Source: Pasteurella multocida
GTDB taxonomy: Bacteria; Pseudomonadota; Gammaproteobacteria; Enterobacterales; Pasteurellaceae
Direction: 5' to 3'
Assembly: GCF_900187275.1 (NCBI RefSeq)
Contig: NZ_LT906458.1
Location: 1,410,001-1,442,000 of the forward strand
DNA: 32,000 nt
The position numbers and the translations under genes were made by a program. This document shows positions 20,570 to 31,113 of the stretch, one piece after another. How positions within the stretch are numbered: position 1 is the stretch's first letter; each line of letters begins with the position of its first letter. The notes under the pieces are model-generated. The model searched no databases. It was not told the origin of the DNA and saw nothing but the letters and a program-made list of their open reading frames with translations.

Positions 20570-21805
20570 TTATGCTTTATACACGAGTGTTGGCGGTTGA
20601 TTGTCTGTAATGGTGCTGGCTTCTACAATCACTTTTTCAAGATGCTGTAATGAAGGCAAGTCATACATCGTATCCAATAAAATGGCTTCCACAATCGAAC
20701 GTAAACCACGCGCACCGGTTTTACGCGCTAAGGCTTTCTTCGCCATCGCAGTAAGCGCCTCTGGGCTAAATTCCAAGGCAACATCTTCTAAGCTAAATAA
20801 CGCTTGATATTGTTTAATCAGCGCATTTTTTGGTTCAGTTAAAATTTTAACTAACGCTTCTTCATCGAGTTCAGCCAGTGGTGCTACCACAGGTAAACGA
20901 CCAATAAATTCTGGAATTAAACCAAATTTCATTAAATCATCTGGTTCGACTTGTTCAAATAATTGGCTCAGAGTGGCTTTATCTTGCTTACTCTTCACTT
21001 CCGCACTAAAACCAATACCTGATCCCACATGCACACGTTTTTCGATCACTTTATCTAAGCCGGCAAATGCACCACCACAAATAAACAGAATTTTCGAGGT
21101 ATCAACACGTAACATTTCTTGTTGTGGATGTTTGCGTCCACCTTGTGGTGGAATTGAGGCAACCGTCCCTTCAATTAATTTAAGTAACGCTTGTTGTACC
21201 CCTTCGCCAGAAACATCGCGAGTAATCGACGGATTTTCAGACTTACGGGTAATTTTATCGATCTCATCAATATAAATAATCCCTTGCTCTGCACGTTCTA
21301 CATCATAGTCGCAACTTTGCACTAATTTTTGTAGTACATTCTCTACATCTTCCCCCACGTAACCGGCTTCAGTCAACGTAGTGGCATCAGCCATAGCAAA
21401 GGGCACATTCAACATACGTGCCATGGTTTCCGCTAATAACGTTTTCCCGCTTCCTGTTGGACCAATAAGCAAAATATTACTTTTACCTAATTCCACATCG
21501 GTAATCTGTTTATCAGAACGTAAACGTTTATAGTGATTATAAACGGCGACAGACAACACTTTCTTCGCATAATCTTGCCCGATAACATAATCATCTAAAT
21601 GTGCACGAATTTCATGTGGTGTGGGTAATTTTTGTTGTTCTGTACTTTCGACTTCTGGCGTTTCTACGGCATCCGATAACAACATATCATGACATAATTC
21701 GATACATTCATTACAAATATAACCTGATGTGCCCGCAATTAACTTGCTGACGTGTTTCTGTTCTTTACCACAAAAAGAACAATGTAATTCAGTGTCTTTT
21801 TCCAT
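20570..21805 (-). CDS. clpX: ATP-dependent Clp protease ATP-binding subunit ClpX
   Basis: 411 aa; zinc-binding CSFCGKEQ...CNECIELC; Walker A GPTGSGKT. Confidence 0.98.
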   Translation of the reverse strand: MEKDTELHCSFCGKEQKHVSKLIAGTSGYICNECIELCHDMLLSDAVETPEVESTEQQKLPTPHEIRAHLDDYVIGQDYAKKVLSVAVYNHYKRLRSDKQITDVELGKSNILLIGPTGSGKTLLAETMARMLNVPFAMADATTLTEAGYVGEDVENVLQKLVQSCDYDVERAEQGIIYIDEIDKITRKSENPSITRDVSGEGVQQALLKLIEGTVASIPPQGGRKHPQQEMLRVDTSKILFICGGAFAGLDKVIEKRVHVGSGIGFSAEVKSKQDKATLSQLFEQVEPDDLMKFGLIPEFIGRLPVVAPLAELDEEALVKILTEPKNALIKQYQALFSLEDVALEFSPEALTAMAKKALARKTGARGLRSIVEAILLDTMYDLPSLQHLEKVIVEASTITDNQPPTLVYKA

Positions 21806-21820
21806 TTCTTATCCTAATAC

Positions 21821-22402
21821 TTATCGACTTGCTAACACTTCATCGACCAAGCCATAAGCTTTTGCCTCTTCTGCAGACATAAAATTATCCCGATCCGTGT
21901 CACGCTCAATGCGTTCGATAGTTTGACCGGTATGGAACGCTAAACGTTCATTTAAAGTTTGCTTAATTTTTAAGATTTCCTGAGCGTGAATTTGAATATC
22001 AGAGGCTTGACCACGGAAGCCACCCAAGGGTTGGTGAATCATCACACGTGCACTCGGTAACGCAATGCGTTTACCCGCGGTTCCTCCCGCTAATAAAAAT
22101 GCCCCCATTGAACAAGCTTGTCCTACGCAAAGGGTGCGAATATCCGGTTTCACAAATTGCATCGTATCGTAAATCGCCATTCCCGCCGTTACTGAACCGC
22201 CCGGTGAATTAATGTAAATGTTAATGTCTTTTTCAGGATCTTCAGATTCTAAAAATAATAATTGCGCAACGATCAAATTTGCCATACGGTCTTCCACTTC
22301 ACCGCCTAAGAAGATCACGCGCTCTTTTAATAAACGTGAATAAATATCATAAGAACGTTCCCCTCTTGCGGTTTGCTCAACAACCATAGGAATTACACTC
22401 AT
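21821..22402 (-). CDS. clpP: ATP-dependent Clp protease proteolytic subunit ClpP
   Basis: [34 protein letters not shown]...[11 protein letters not shown]...MIHQPLGG; start placed at ATG 22402. Confidence 0.97.
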   Translation of the reverse strand: MSVIPMVVEQTARGERSYDIYSRLLKERVIFLGGEVEDRMANLIVAQLLFLESEDPEKDINIYINSPGGSVTAGMAIYDTMQFVKPDIRTLCVGQACSMGAFLLAGGTAGKRIALPSARVMIHQPLGGFRGQASDIQIHAQEILKIKQTLNERLAFHTGQTIERIERDTDRDNFMSAEEAKAYGLVDEVLASR

Positions 22403-22503
22403 CTCTACCTCTCTCAATCCATTAATCATCCGTTTTTAAATCGTTTTGTTATTCTACCTGAAAATTCCGATTTCACTAAATTGAATATTTACACAAGATA
22501 AAA

Positions 22504-22540
22504 AAGTGCGGTCAAAATATTCAACATTTTGACCGCACTT
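22504..22540. terminator. Inverted USS pair forming a 15-bp hairpin between tig and clpP
   Basis: AAGTGCGGTCAAAAT (22504-22518) and ATTTTGACCGCACTT (22526-22540), perfect inverted repeat. Confidence 0.8.
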
Positions 22541-22566
22541 AAAAGGGATATGACGCTTAAAGCAAA

Positions 22567-23865
22567 TTACGCTTGTGGATTCATCACATCATCAAAAGAG
22601 GCTGCTTTTTCCGTCACTTGTGCTTTTGCAAGAACCGCATCAACAGCTTGTTCTTCCAACACAACATTGCGAATATTATTCATTAACTCTTTGTTCTTGC
22701 TGTAATATTCAACCACTTCAGCCGGTTGCTCATACGCAGAAGCAATCTCTTCGATCATGGTTTTTGCACGTGCTTCATCGACTTTTAACTCATGAGATGC
22801 AATCACTTCCGCTAATAATAAGCCAACTTGAACACGGCGTTTTGCTTGTTCTTCAAACAATTCACGTGGTAATTGTGCAGCTTGCTCTTTGTTGCCGCCG
22901 AAACGTTGTGCAGCTTGACCACGCAATACTTCGATTTCTTGTTCTACTGCGGAAGCAGGTACATCAATCGCATTTTGTGCAAGTAAACCATCAATCACTT
23001 GACCTTTTACTTTTGCGGTCAACGCATTTTTCAATTCACGTTGCATGTTTTTACGAATTTCGTTACGTAAATCATCTACTGTTTTGGTGTTTGGACCGAA
23101 TTTCGCCACAAACTCATCAGTTAATTCTGGTAATACCATTACTTCGACTTTTTTCAAGGTAATCGCAAATTTTGCCGCTTTACCTTTTAAGTTTTCTGCG
23201 TGATATTCTTCAGGGAAAGTCACGTCAATATCAAATTGCTCACCGGCTTTATGCCCCACAATCCCCTCTTCAAAACCAGGGATCATTCGACCTTGCCCCA
23301 TGAATAACGTGAAGTCTTCAGCTTTACCACCTTCAAATACTTCGCCATCTACAGAACCCACAAAATCAATCACAACACGGTCTTCTGCGCTTGCGGCTTC
23401 TTCTGTTTCCGCCCAAGTTGCTTGCTGTTTACGTAATACATCGATCATTTTATCAATGTCAGCTTCGCTAATTTCAACAACTGGCTTTTCCACTTTAATT
23501 TGGTCTAAACCTTGTAAAGCTACTTCTGGATAAACTTCAAAAGTTGCAGTAAATACTAAATCTTTACCTGCTTCAAATTGTTCTACAGCAAAAGCTGGAC
23601 GACCCGCTAAATTGACTTTTTGCTCCATCACAACGTTAAAGAAGTGGCTTTGTAATACATCACCTAGCACATCGTGACGCACAGAGGCACCAAAACGTTT
23701 TTCAATGATATGCGGTGGAACTTTACCTTTACGGAAACCGTCAACACGTGCGGTTTTTGCAACACGTTTTAATTCTTCACGTACGGCACCTTCAACAGTG
23801 TCAGCTGGAACGGTGATTTGAACACGACGCTCAAGACCTTGAGTTGTTTCAATAGTAAATGACAT
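22567..23865 (-). CDS. tig: Trigger factor
   Basis: 432 aa; [22 protein letters not shown]...; [10 protein letters not shown] ribosome-binding motif. Confidence 0.97.
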   Translation of the reverse strand: MSFTIETTQGLERRVQITVPADTVEGAVREELKRVAKTARVDGFRKGKVPPHIIEKRFGASVRHDVLGDVLQSHFFNVVMEQKVNLAGRPAFAVEQFEAGKDLVFTATFEVYPEVALQGLDQIKVEKPVVEISEADIDKMIDVLRKQQATWAETEEAASAEDRVVIDFVGSVDGEVFEGGKAEDFTLFMGQGRMIPGFEEGIVGHKAGEQFDIDVTFPEEYHAENLKGKAAKFAITLKKVEVMVLPELTDEFVAKFGPNTKTVDDLRNEIRKNMQRELKNALTAKVKGQVIDGLLAQNAIDVPASAVEQEIEVLRGQAAQRFGGNKEQAAQLPRELFEEQAKRRVQVGLLLAEVIASHELKVDEARAKTMIEEIASAYEQPAEVVEYYSKNKELMNNIRNVVLEEQAVDAVLAKAQVTEKAASFDDVMNPQA

Positions 23866-24025
23866 TATGTTACCTCAAAATGAATTTGCACTCGGCGAAT
23901 GCACGCACCGAACACGTTAGTAAAAATTAAAGTTAAAAATAACCGACGAATTATAGCGGTTTAAAACACAGCCGTCGAGAAAATGCCACCTAAAAACGCA
24001 TATTTGTTTATTTTTTAACCCAAAC

Positions 24026-24055
24026 AAAAAAGGAAGCTGGCTTTGCTTCCTTTTT
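24026..24055. terminator. Bidirectional-type terminator hairpin downstream of the BON/LysM gene
   Basis: AAAAAGGAAGC ... GCTTCCTTTTT, 11-bp stem with 7-nt loop. Confidence 0.8.
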
Positions 24056-24077
24056 GTAAAAATAAAATCAATGCCTC

Positions 24078-24521
24078 TTAAAGCACTTTCGGCAAACGAA
24101 TTTTCTGACCTGGGAAAATTTTATCCGCGTCTTTAATCACTTCTTTATTTGCTTCAACGATCGCCGTATATTTACTGCCGTTGCCATAAGTTTTCTCAGC
24201 AATTTTCCACAAAGTATCGCCTTTTTGGATCACATAGAACTCATCTTCACCACTTAAGCTTTCGCCACTGACGATCACCACTTTATCCACTTTTACTTTA
24301 GTAATCCCAGCGACATTTCCCGCCATTAAGACTGCCTTCTCGAGCGCACTTGCTGATTTTGCCGTCCCTTCAATGCTGGCAACGCCATCCTCTACTTTCA
24401 CATTGAGGTCTTCAATTCCTGGATTATCCTCTTTAATATGCTTAGCGAGTGCCTCTGCGGCGTCTTCTTGTTTAGAAAAAAGCTTACGCCCAATATCACT
24501 GACAAAATCAAATAAGCCCAT
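24078..24521 (-). CDS. kbp: BON + LysM domain protein (Kbp/YgaU-like)
   Basis: 147 aa; N-terminal MGLFDFVSDIGRKLF, BON-like middle, C-terminal FYVIQKGDTLWKIAEKTYGNGSKYTAIVEAN LysM. Confidence 0.88.
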   Translation of the reverse strand: MGLFDFVSDIGRKLFSKQEDAAEALAKHIKEDNPGIEDLNVKVEDGVASIEGTAKSASALEKAVLMAGNVAGITKVKVDKVVIVSGESLSGEDEFYVIQKGDTLWKIAEKTYGNGSKYTAIVEANKEVIKDADKIFPGQKIRLPKVL

Positions 24522-24631
24522 AATACATTCCTCTTTTGTTAAAAAATCAACTAGACCATAACGGAATCATGCGATGAAGTCCACGACTAAGGCAAATCTT
24601 TACATAACTTGAAAATTTTTGCATAAATTTG

Positions 24632-24640
24632 ACCGCACTT
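24632..24640 (-). repeat. Uptake signal sequence core (AAGTGCGGT)
   Basis: ACCGCACTT between the BON/LysM gene and ypfJ. Confidence 0.75.
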
Positions 24641-24692
24641 TGAACAATCTAGGCTAAAATACGCTTTTGATGACAACAAGTGAGAACATATT

Positions 24693-25520
24693 ATGCGTTG
24701 GCGTGGTCGTAGAGAAAGCACAAATGTAGAAGATCGTCGTGCCTCAAGCGGTGGTTTAGGTGGCGGTAAGAAAACAGGCATCTTAGGCATCATTATTTTA
24801 CTCATTGGTGCCTATTACGGTGTGGACTTATCCAGTTTAGTCGGCACTCCCGATTTTGGCATGCAGCAATCCAGTCCATTGGCGAGTGAAGAAGAACAAG
24901 AGCTCAACAGTTTATCTAGAGTGGTGCTTGCGGATACAGAAACCGTATGGGGCAATTATTTTGCTAGACAGCAACAACGCTATCAAGCCCCTGTGATGGT
25001 GCTCTATAACCGCGTGACTCACACCGCTTGTGGTACAGGGCAATCGGCTATGGGACCGTTTTATTGCCCAAATGATCGCAAAGTGTATCTGGATTTATCC
25101 TTTTATCAGGACATGAAAACGAAACTTGGTGCTGACGGCGAAGCGGCATTTGCTTATGTAATTGCACATGAAGTGGGGCATCATATCCAAAACCTTCTTG
25201 GTATCTTACCGAAAGTACATCAACTGCAAGGACAAACAAGCCGAACCCAAGCCAATCAACTTTCCGTTAAAGTAGAACTCCAAGCAGATTGCTTTGCCGG
25301 TGTTTGGGCATATCAAGCGTCAAAAACGGGCTTATTTGAAACTGGTGATATTGAAAAAGCTTTCAATGCCGCTGAGGCGGTAGGAGATGATCGCCTACAA
25401 AAACGCAGTCAAGGCTATGTCGTTCCCGATAGCTTTACCCATGGCACCTCAGCACAACGCTTACATTGGTTCAAACGTGGCTTAAACAGCGGCGACCCTA
25501 ATCAATGTAATACATTCTGA
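24693..25520 (+). CDS. ypfJ: Neutral zinc metallopeptidase family protein (YpfJ-like)
   Basis: 275 aa; [17 protein letters not shown]-terminus, single [11 protein letters not shown] zinc motif, [12 protein letters not shown]. Confidence 0.88.
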   Translation: MRWRGRRESTNVEDRRASSGGLGGGKKTGILGIIILLIGAYYGVDLSSLVGTPDFGMQQSSPLASEEEQELNSLSRVVLADTETVWGNYFARQQQRYQAPVMVLYNRVTHTACGTGQSAMGPFYCPNDRKVYLDLSFYQDMKTKLGADGEAAFAYVIAHEVGHHIQNLLGILPKVHQLQGQTSRTQANQLSVKVELQADCFAGVWAYQASKTGLFETGDIEKAFNAAEAVGDDRLQKRSQGYVVPDSFTHGTSAQRLHWFKRGLNSGDPNQCNTF

Positions 25521-25745
25521 TCTTTTTTAGCAAAGTGCGCTATTCATTGAAAACATGTTTATCGCACTTTTTTGTTCTTATTCCCTTCCTTACTATCTTC
25601 TTTCTGCATTACCTTGCGTTCCATATCCTGTGACCTTTTTATATTTCAAATTGAATATCCATTTCTCTTACCAAGAAATAAAATGAAAAATAAAAAACTT
25701 AAAATGAAATATTTTTATTTCATTTTGATAAATTTATTTTCAAAT

Positions 25746-25761
25746 TGTGATCTAACTCACT
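25746..25761 (+). promoter_or_regulatory. Probable CRP site upstream of the glucitol operon
   Basis: TGTGA-TCTAAC-TCACT in an A/T-rich context matches the TGTGA-N6-TCACA consensus except for the last base; 84 nt before srlA ATG. Confidence 0.7.
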
Positions 25762-25844
25762 TTTTTCAAAACAGAAATGATCTATGATCAAACACGTTGT
25801 CGTTCTACAGCAACACAATATCAACTCTTCATATAGGAGGTCGT

Positions 25845-26399
25845 ATGATCGAATACATTACACATGGTGCCGAGTGGTTTATTGGATTATTTCAAAAGGG
25901 AGGGGAAGTTTTAGTGAGTATGATGACAGGCATCCTACCTTTATTAATTTCTCTCTTAGTTGTCATGAACGCTTTAATTAATTTTATTGGACAAGAACGT
26001 ATTGAACGTCTTGCCCAACGTAGTGCCGGCAATCCAATCTCTCGCTATTTCATTCTACCTGTCATTGGTACGTTTATTTTTTGTAATCCCATGACATTAA
26101 GTTTGGGTCGCTTTTTACCTGAGCGTTACAAACCGAGCTATTATGCCGCGGCTTCGTATAGTTGCCATTCAATGAACGGTTTATTCCCACATATTAATCC
26201 GGGTGAACTCTTTGTTTACTTAGGCATCGCAAGTGGCTTAACCACTTTAGGTTTACCACTCGGTCCATTAGCAATCAGTTACTTGTTAGTCGGTATGGTA
26301 ACTAACTTTTTCCGTGGTTGGATTACTGACTTTACGACTGCGCTTTTCGAAAAAAGAATGGGCATCAAACTAGATAGAGAGGTCAGAATCGCGAATTAA
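25845..26399 (+). CDS. srlA: Glucitol/sorbitol PTS EIIC component
   Basis: [50 protein letters not shown]; AGGAGG at 25835-25840; start at 25845. Confidence 0.95.
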   Translation: MIEYITHGAEWFIGLFQKGGEVLVSMMTGILPLLISLLVVMNALINFIGQERIERLAQRSAGNPISRYFILPVIGTFIFCNPMTLSLGRFLPERYKPSYYAAASYSCHSMNGLFPHINPGELFVYLGIASGLTTLGLPLGPLAISYLLVGMVTNFFRGWITDFTTALFEKRMGIKLDREVRIAN

Positions 26400-26429
26400 T
26401 TACCTTGCGAAAATAAGGAGCAACAGAGT

Positions 26430-27419
26430 ATGAATAAAGCAATTTATATTGAAAAAGGAAACGGTGGTTGGGGAGGCCCTTTAACCTTGCCATTAGTTGA
26501 AGGAAAAAAGATCCTGTATATGACAGGCGGTACTCGTCCTGCTATTGTTGATAGATTAATTGAGCTGACTGGTTGGGAAGCCGTAGATGGTTTTAAAGAG
26601 GGTGAACCTGCAACAGAAGAAATTGGTATTGCGATTGTTGATTGTGGTGGCACACTACGTTGCGGTCTTTATCCCAAACGCCGTATTCCAACAATTAACG
26701 TACATGCAACAGGGAAATCTGGTCCACTTGCCGCATATATTGTGGAAGATATTTATGTATCAGCGGTTAAGCCACAACATATACAGTTAATTGATGCCGA
26801 TCTGAGCGTAACAGAAAGCGTGACAGAAACCCCTACGCCAGCTCAACAATATAAAGAATATGATGCTAATAAAAAAATTACTGAACAAAGTGATGGCTTA
26901 CTCGCGAGAATTGGTATTGGTATGGGCGCTATTGTTGCTGTTTTTTTCCAAGCTGGACGAGATACTATCGATACTGTCTTAAAAACAATTCTGCCATTCA
27001 TGGCGTTCGTTTCCGCCTTAATTGGTATTATCATTGCTTCAGGTTTAGGTGATGTAATTGCACATGGCTTAACGCCTTTAGCAAATAGCCCTATAGGTCT
27101 CATCACGCTTGCCTTGATCTGTTCTTTCCCGCTCCTCTCGCCATTCTTAGGACCTGGTGCAGTAATCGCCCAAGTGATTGGTGTTTTAGTCGGAACACAG
27201 ATAGGTTTAGGCAATATTCCACCACACTTAGCACTACCCGCATTATTCGCTATCAACGCTCAGGCAGCTTGTGATTTCATCCCTGTAGGCTTATCTATGG
27301 CAGAAGCCAAGCAAGATACTGTACGCGTTGGCGTACCCGCTGTATTAGTTGGACGTTTCTTAACTGGAGCACCAACAGTATTAGTCGCGTGGTTAGTTTC
27401 TGCTTTTATCTATCACTAA
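26430..27419 (+). CDS. srlE: Glucitol/sorbitol PTS EIIBC component
   Basis: 329 aa; [41 protein letters not shown] and C-terminal membrane segments. Confidence 0.95.
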   Translation: MNKAIYIEKGNGGWGGPLTLPLVEGKKILYMTGGTRPAIVDRLIELTGWEAVDGFKEGEPATEEIGIAIVDCGGTLRCGLYPKRRIPTINVHATGKSGPLAAYIVEDIYVSAVKPQHIQLIDADLSVTESVTETPTPAQQYKEYDANKKITEQSDGLLARIGIGMGAIVAVFFQAGRDTIDTVLKTILPFMAFVSALIGIIIASGLGDVIAHGLTPLANSPIGLITLALICSFPLLSPFLGPGAVIAQVIGVLVGTQIGLGNIPPHLALPALFAINAQAACDFIPVGLSMAEAKQDTVRVGVPAVLVGRFLTGAPTVLVAWLVSAFIYH

Positions 27420-27497
27420 ACTTAACGTAATGGACGTTGCCTAGACGTCCATTACCCCCATTTAACTTCAATATTGATACAGATAAGGATTGTAGTT

Positions 27498-27869
27498 ATG
27501 AAAACTCTTTATCAAAGCAGATTTATTCAAATTGGTAATTTTGCAGCAGAAGCCTTAGATGACGGCATGCTGATCACCTTTAAACGAGGTGTGCCGGAGG
27601 AAATAGCTGATTACTGTTATATTCACACCCATGGCGAATTGCACGAAAATTTACAGCTTGGTGATCAGGTGAATTTTAATGAAGAACCTTATTACATTAC
27701 TGCGATAGGGGATGTCGCAAATCTAAACTTCAAAGAACTTGGACACGTCACTTGGCGCTTTGATGGTGCAGTCGTTGCTGAATTTCCAGGGAGCATTCAT
27801 CTACAAGGTCCTCCACCTGAAAGTGTGGCAATCAATAGTTTATTCACGATCAAACGTGATGAAAAATAA
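27498..27869 (+). CDS. srlB: Glucitol/sorbitol PTS EIIA component
   Basis: MKTLYQSRFIQIGNFAAEALDDGMLITFKRGVPEEIADYCYIHTH; start at ATG 27498. Confidence 0.92.
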   Translation: MKTLYQSRFIQIGNFAAEALDDGMLITFKRGVPEEIADYCYIHTHGELHENLQLGDQVNFNEEPYYITAIGDVANLNFKELGHVTWRFDGAVVAEFPGSIHLQGPPPESVAINSLFTIKRDEK

Positions 27870-27899
27870 TTTATTTTAGTTTTAAAGAAGGAAAAAATT

Positions 27900-28679
27900 A
27901 TGTCAAAAGTTGCAGTCGTTATTGGTGGAGGACAAACATTAGGTGCCTTCTTATCCGAAGGGCTTGCTGAGGCAGGATACCGTGTTGTCGTGGCTGATCT
28001 TAATGGCGAAAATGCGAAGCAAGTGGCTACTCGTATCAATACACAACAAGGGATAGGACATGCAATTGGGTTGCAAGTTGATGCCGCAGATGAAACGAGC
28101 GTAGAAACTCTTGTGCATGCTACAGATCAAGCTTTTGGAAAAATTGATCTCTTGGTTTATAGCGCCGGCACCACCAAAGCTTCACCAATTTATGATTTCG
28201 ATTTGAAAGATTTTGATTTATCCGTAAAAGTCAATTTAACAGGTTACTTCCTTTGTGCGAAGCATTTTTCTCGTTTAATGATCAGAGACGGTATCAAAGG
28301 TCGTATTATTCAAATCAACTCAAAATCTGGTAAAGTCGGTAGTAAACATAATTCGGGTTATAGTGCCGCAAAATTTGGTGGTGTAGGTCTAACTCAATCT
28401 CTTGCATTAGATCTTGCAGATTACGGCATTACAGTACATTCATTAATGTTAGGTAACTTACTCAAATCACCTATGTTCCAATCTTTAATTCCCCAATATG
28501 CGAAGAAATTAGGTATTCCTGAAGAAGAAGTAGAGCAAGTTTACATTGATAAAGTGCCACTTAAACGTGGATGTGATTATCAAGATGTCCTAAATGTCTT
28601 GAAATTTTATGCCAGTGAAGAAGCATCTTATTGTACTGGTCAGTCAATTAATATCACTGGCGGACAAGTGATGTTCTAA
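27900..28679 (+). CDS. srlD: Sorbitol-6-phosphate 2-dehydrogenase
   Basis: 259 aa SDR protein; VVIGGGQTLGAFLSEGLAEAGYRVVVADLN; YSAAKFGG active-site motif. Confidence 0.95.
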   Translation: MSKVAVVIGGGQTLGAFLSEGLAEAGYRVVVADLNGENAKQVATRINTQQGIGHAIGLQVDAADETSVETLVHATDQAFGKIDLLVYSAGTTKASPIYDFDLKDFDLSVKVNLTGYFLCAKHFSRLMIRDGIKGRIIQINSKSGKVGSKHNSGYSAAKFGGVGLTQSLALDLADYGITVHSLMLGNLLKSPMFQSLIPQYAKKLGIPEEEVEQVYIDKVPLKRGCDYQDVLNVLKFYASEEASYCTGQSINITGGQVMF

Positions 28680-28687
28680 ATGAACAA

Positions 28688-28696
28688 AAGTGCGGT
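28688..28696 (+). repeat. Uptake signal sequence core (AAGTGCGGT)
   Basis: AAGTGCGGT just after srlD, adjacent to the srlD-gutM inverted repeat. Confidence 0.75.
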
Positions 28697-28697
28697 G

Positions 28698-28767
28698 ACT
28701 TTTAGCCTAGTTGAGAAAATGTGCATTCTTCTTAGAAATGAACGAGATACAAAACTGGGCTAAAAGT
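28698..28767 (+). repeat. Intercistronic inverted repeat between srlD and gutM
   Basis: ACTTTTAGCCTAGTT (28698-28712) versus AACTGGGCTAAAAGT (28753-28767): 15-bp stem with a single wobble/mismatch and 40-nt loop. Confidence 0.75.
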
Positions 28768-28789
28768 TATTTCAATTCTCGGAGGAACC

Positions 28790-29158
28790 ATGGATACCAC
28801 AACAATATTGATTTTCTTTGCCGCTTTTATGTGGCTTATACAGATTATCCTTGGCTGGCAACAAGTTTCCGCATTTAATCGCGCGTTTATGTCGATCAGT
28901 CAAAAGGGCAAAATTTTAACCGGTAGAAACAGTGGACGTTTTAATCCAAAGTCAATCATTGTACTCGCAATAGACGATAATGAAACCGTTATTGATAGCT
29001 TACAAATGAAAGGATTTTCTGTATTTGCTCGCCCACAAACATGTGAACAAGTCATTGGCTTAAAAGTAGACCAAATTCAACCAGAACGCATTTTTCCAAA
29101 AGATAAAAAATCGCAATTTGCTTTAAAAATTGCAATTTCATCGTTATATAGAAACTAA
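28790..29158 (+). CDS. gutM: Glucitol operon activator protein GutM
   Basis: 122 aa; one N-terminal TM, GRNSGRFNPKSIIVLAIDDNETVIDSLQMKGFSVFARP; within the srl operon; GGAGG Shine-Dalgarno. Confidence 0.92.
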   Translation: MDTTTILIFFAAFMWLIQIILGWQQVSAFNRAFMSISQKGKILTGRNSGRFNPKSIIVLAIDDNETVIDSLQMKGFSVFARPQTCEQVIGLKVDQIQPERIFPKDKKSQFALKIAISSLYRN

Positions 29159-29236
29159 ATACTTAACAATGAAAATTTTTTCTTTCAATTGATACACTTT
29201 TAATCACAAAATATTTATAATACGGCTGAGAAATAA

Positions 29237-29884
29237 ATGAAAATAAGTAGCGTGATTTTTGATATGGACGGTGTCATGATTGACTCTGAACCACACTGGG
29301 CAAAAGCACAAATTCATGCCTTAGCAAACGTTGATATTCACATTACTATACAAACCTGTGAACAATTAACAGGTGGTAAACGTATTGACGAAATGGCGAG
29401 TATTTGAATCCAACATTTTAATTTACCAACTACCACACAAAGATTAGCGGATACGATTTTAAATCATGCGTATCACGCTATTTTGCAAGAAGGCAAGCCG
29501 ATGTTGGGATTATATGAATTACTGCATTTCCTGAAAGCAAGACATATCAAAATGGCAGTCGCTACCTCATCTTTCCCCAAAATAATTCAGGCAGTATTTG
29601 ATAAATTAAAATTATGGGGTTACTTTATACTACAATGTAGTGCAGATGATGAGCAATTCGGTAAACCACATCCCGCGGTATACTTGAAAACAATCCAAAA
29701 ATTAGGTATTTCATCCAAGGAATGTCTTGTCATTGAAGACAGTGTTGTCGGTCTGATTGCTGCGAAAGCAGCAAATTTACGTACATTTATTGTGAATACT
29801 CATTACCAAAATGCTCAGTTTGCTATTGCAGATGCACGATTACCCACACGACTAGATGTGATCAAAAAACTGGAAGACGATTAG
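29237..29884 (+). pseudogene. HAD-superfamily sugar phosphatase (hexitol phosphatase HxpB/YniC-like) interrupted by an in-frame TGA at 29405-29407
   Basis: ATG 29237 reads MKISSVIFDMDGVMIDSEPHWAKAQ...GGKRIDEMASI*IQHFNL...; the same frame continues to 29884 with ATSS...GKPHPAVYLKT...CLVIEDSVVGLIAAKAA. One stop, no frameshift. Confidence 0.85.
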
Positions 29885-29928
29885 CAAGATAACACAAAAA
29901 TATGCTTGCTAAGATATAGGAACAAAAC

Positions 29929-30693
29929 ATGAAACCTTTTGAAAGACAGCAGCATATTTTTAATTATTTAATGACAAATGGAAAAACCAAAGTCGATGAA
30001 TTAGCGAGTCATTTTCATCTCACTGGTGCAACAATTCGTAAAGATCTCACTGCGTTGGAAAAACAAAATAAAGTCTTAAGAACCTATGGTAGTGTCGTCG
30101 TTACCCAAAAAGATCTTGAACAAGACCCGCCTATTGATTTTAAAACCAATGTCAACCTCAGCCAAAAACAACGAATTGGAAAAAAAGCCGCCACCCTCAT
30201 CAACGAAGGAGATTCTATTATCTTTGATGCCGGCAGTACTGTCCTACAAATTATCCCCAATTTAACCACATTTGATAACTTGTCTATCATGACAAATAGC
30301 TTAACGATCTTTAATGCTGTTCTACAACTCAATAAATCCTATAACTTATTAATGTCTGGCGGATCATTCCGTGAAAAATCAGCGTCGTTTCATGGTTATT
30401 TTGCAGAATCTGTTTTCATTGGTTCAACTTTTGATACGTTATTTATTGGTACTGATGGTCTTGATCTTGACGTTGGATTAACGACGTTTAATGAAGTTTA
30501 TCGCGTCAGTTCATTAATGTGTAACGCCGCCAAAAAAATCATTGTCCTTGCTGATTCAAGTAAATTTGGACGAAAAACGCCAAATATCGTCTGTGGCTTA
30601 GAAAAAATCCATACTATTGTTACTGATGATAAGTTACCGACAGAAATGAAAGACAAACTCATCGAAAAAGGTATTGAGGTTTTAATTGTTTAG
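29929..30693 (+). CDS. srlR: DeoR-family transcriptional repressor of the glucitol operon
   Basis: 254 aa; FERQQHIFNYLMTNGKTKVDELASHFHLTGATIRKDLTALEKQNKVLRTYG; sugar-phosphate-binding C-terminal domain. Confidence 0.9.
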   Translation: MKPFERQQHIFNYLMTNGKTKVDELASHFHLTGATIRKDLTALEKQNKVLRTYGSVVVTQKDLEQDPPIDFKTNVNLSQKQRIGKKAATLINEGDSIIFDAGSTVLQIIPNLTTFDNLSIMTNSLTIFNAVLQLNKSYNLLMSGGSFREKSASFHGYFAESVFIGSTFDTLFIGTDGLDLDVGLTTFNEVYRVSSLMCNAAKKIIVLADSSKFGRKTPNIVCGLEKIHTIVTDDKLPTEMKDKLIEKGIEVLIV

Positions 30694-30940
30694 TTTAGCT
30701 TAGCTAAACCTTTATCACAGGCATGTGTGATAACACGCGTCTTACTCAAGACGTGCTCAAACATCTCACTTATGCAATAAAAAGTGGTATTTCATATACA
30801 TGATAGAAAATACAGGATAAAAATACCCCTTCACGTAATAACACAGAGTCAGAAACCAAAAAGAACAATAAAAATAGCTTTTTATACTTATACCTTTCTA
30901 AAAATCCTCCACAAAAACAAATTAAACACCAAAATTTTAT

Positions 30941-30968
30941 TTGACAGCCTTATATTAATCGGTAATAT
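30941..30968 (+). promoter_or_regulatory. Sigma70-type promoter for the leuA leader transcript
   Basis: TTGACA (30941-30946), 16 nt, TAATAT (30963-30968). Confidence 0.65.
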
Positions 30969-31007
30969 GAAAACCGTTACAGTTTCAAAACAAGGATTTT
31001 TTTACTT

Positions 31008-31067
31008 ATGTTTACCATGTGTTCTTTATCTCTCAACCTTCTGCTCACACAGTCATTGTGCGGCTAG
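31008..31067 (+). CDS. leuL: Putative leu operon leader peptide MFTMCSLSLNLLLTQSLCG
   Basis: 19-codon ORF with 6 Leu codons (TTA, CTC, CTT, CTG, CTC, TTG), AGGA 11 nt upstream, between a strong promoter and a terminator/antiterminator, upstream of leuA. Confidence 0.75.
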   Translation: MFTMCSLSLNLLLTQSLCG

Positions 31068-31113
31068 GTTGTGGATAAAAAACAGTAAAATATCCCACAA
31101 ATTAGACCCGCAC
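31058..31113 (+). promoter_or_regulatory. Predicted antiterminator of the leu attenuator
   Basis: GTGCGG (31058-31063) pairs with CCGCAC (31108-31113); TTGTGG (31069-31074) pairs with CCACAA (31095-31100); CTA with TAG in between. Overlaps the 5' arm of the terminator. Confidence 0.65.

Noticed and set aside
22575-23162. 195 aa + strand ORF antisense to tig
   Set aside because: Fully opposite a confident trigger factor gene; low-complexity His/Leu/Gln-rich shadow translation with no recognisable domain or ribosome-binding context.
25572-25787. 71 aa ORF between ypfJ and srlA
   Set aside because: Very A/T-rich intergenic sequence overlapping the CRP site; Phe/Asn/Lys-rich with no SD.
29405-29407. 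TGA in the HAD gene as selenocysteine codon
   Set aside because: No GC-rich SECIS-like stem-loop directly after the TGA, the family is not known to use Sec, and the position matches Trp in homologues.
30738-30753. CGTCTT-ACTC-AAGACG hairpin after srlR
   Set aside because: Short stem without a U-run; seen but too weak to call a terminator or regulatory element.
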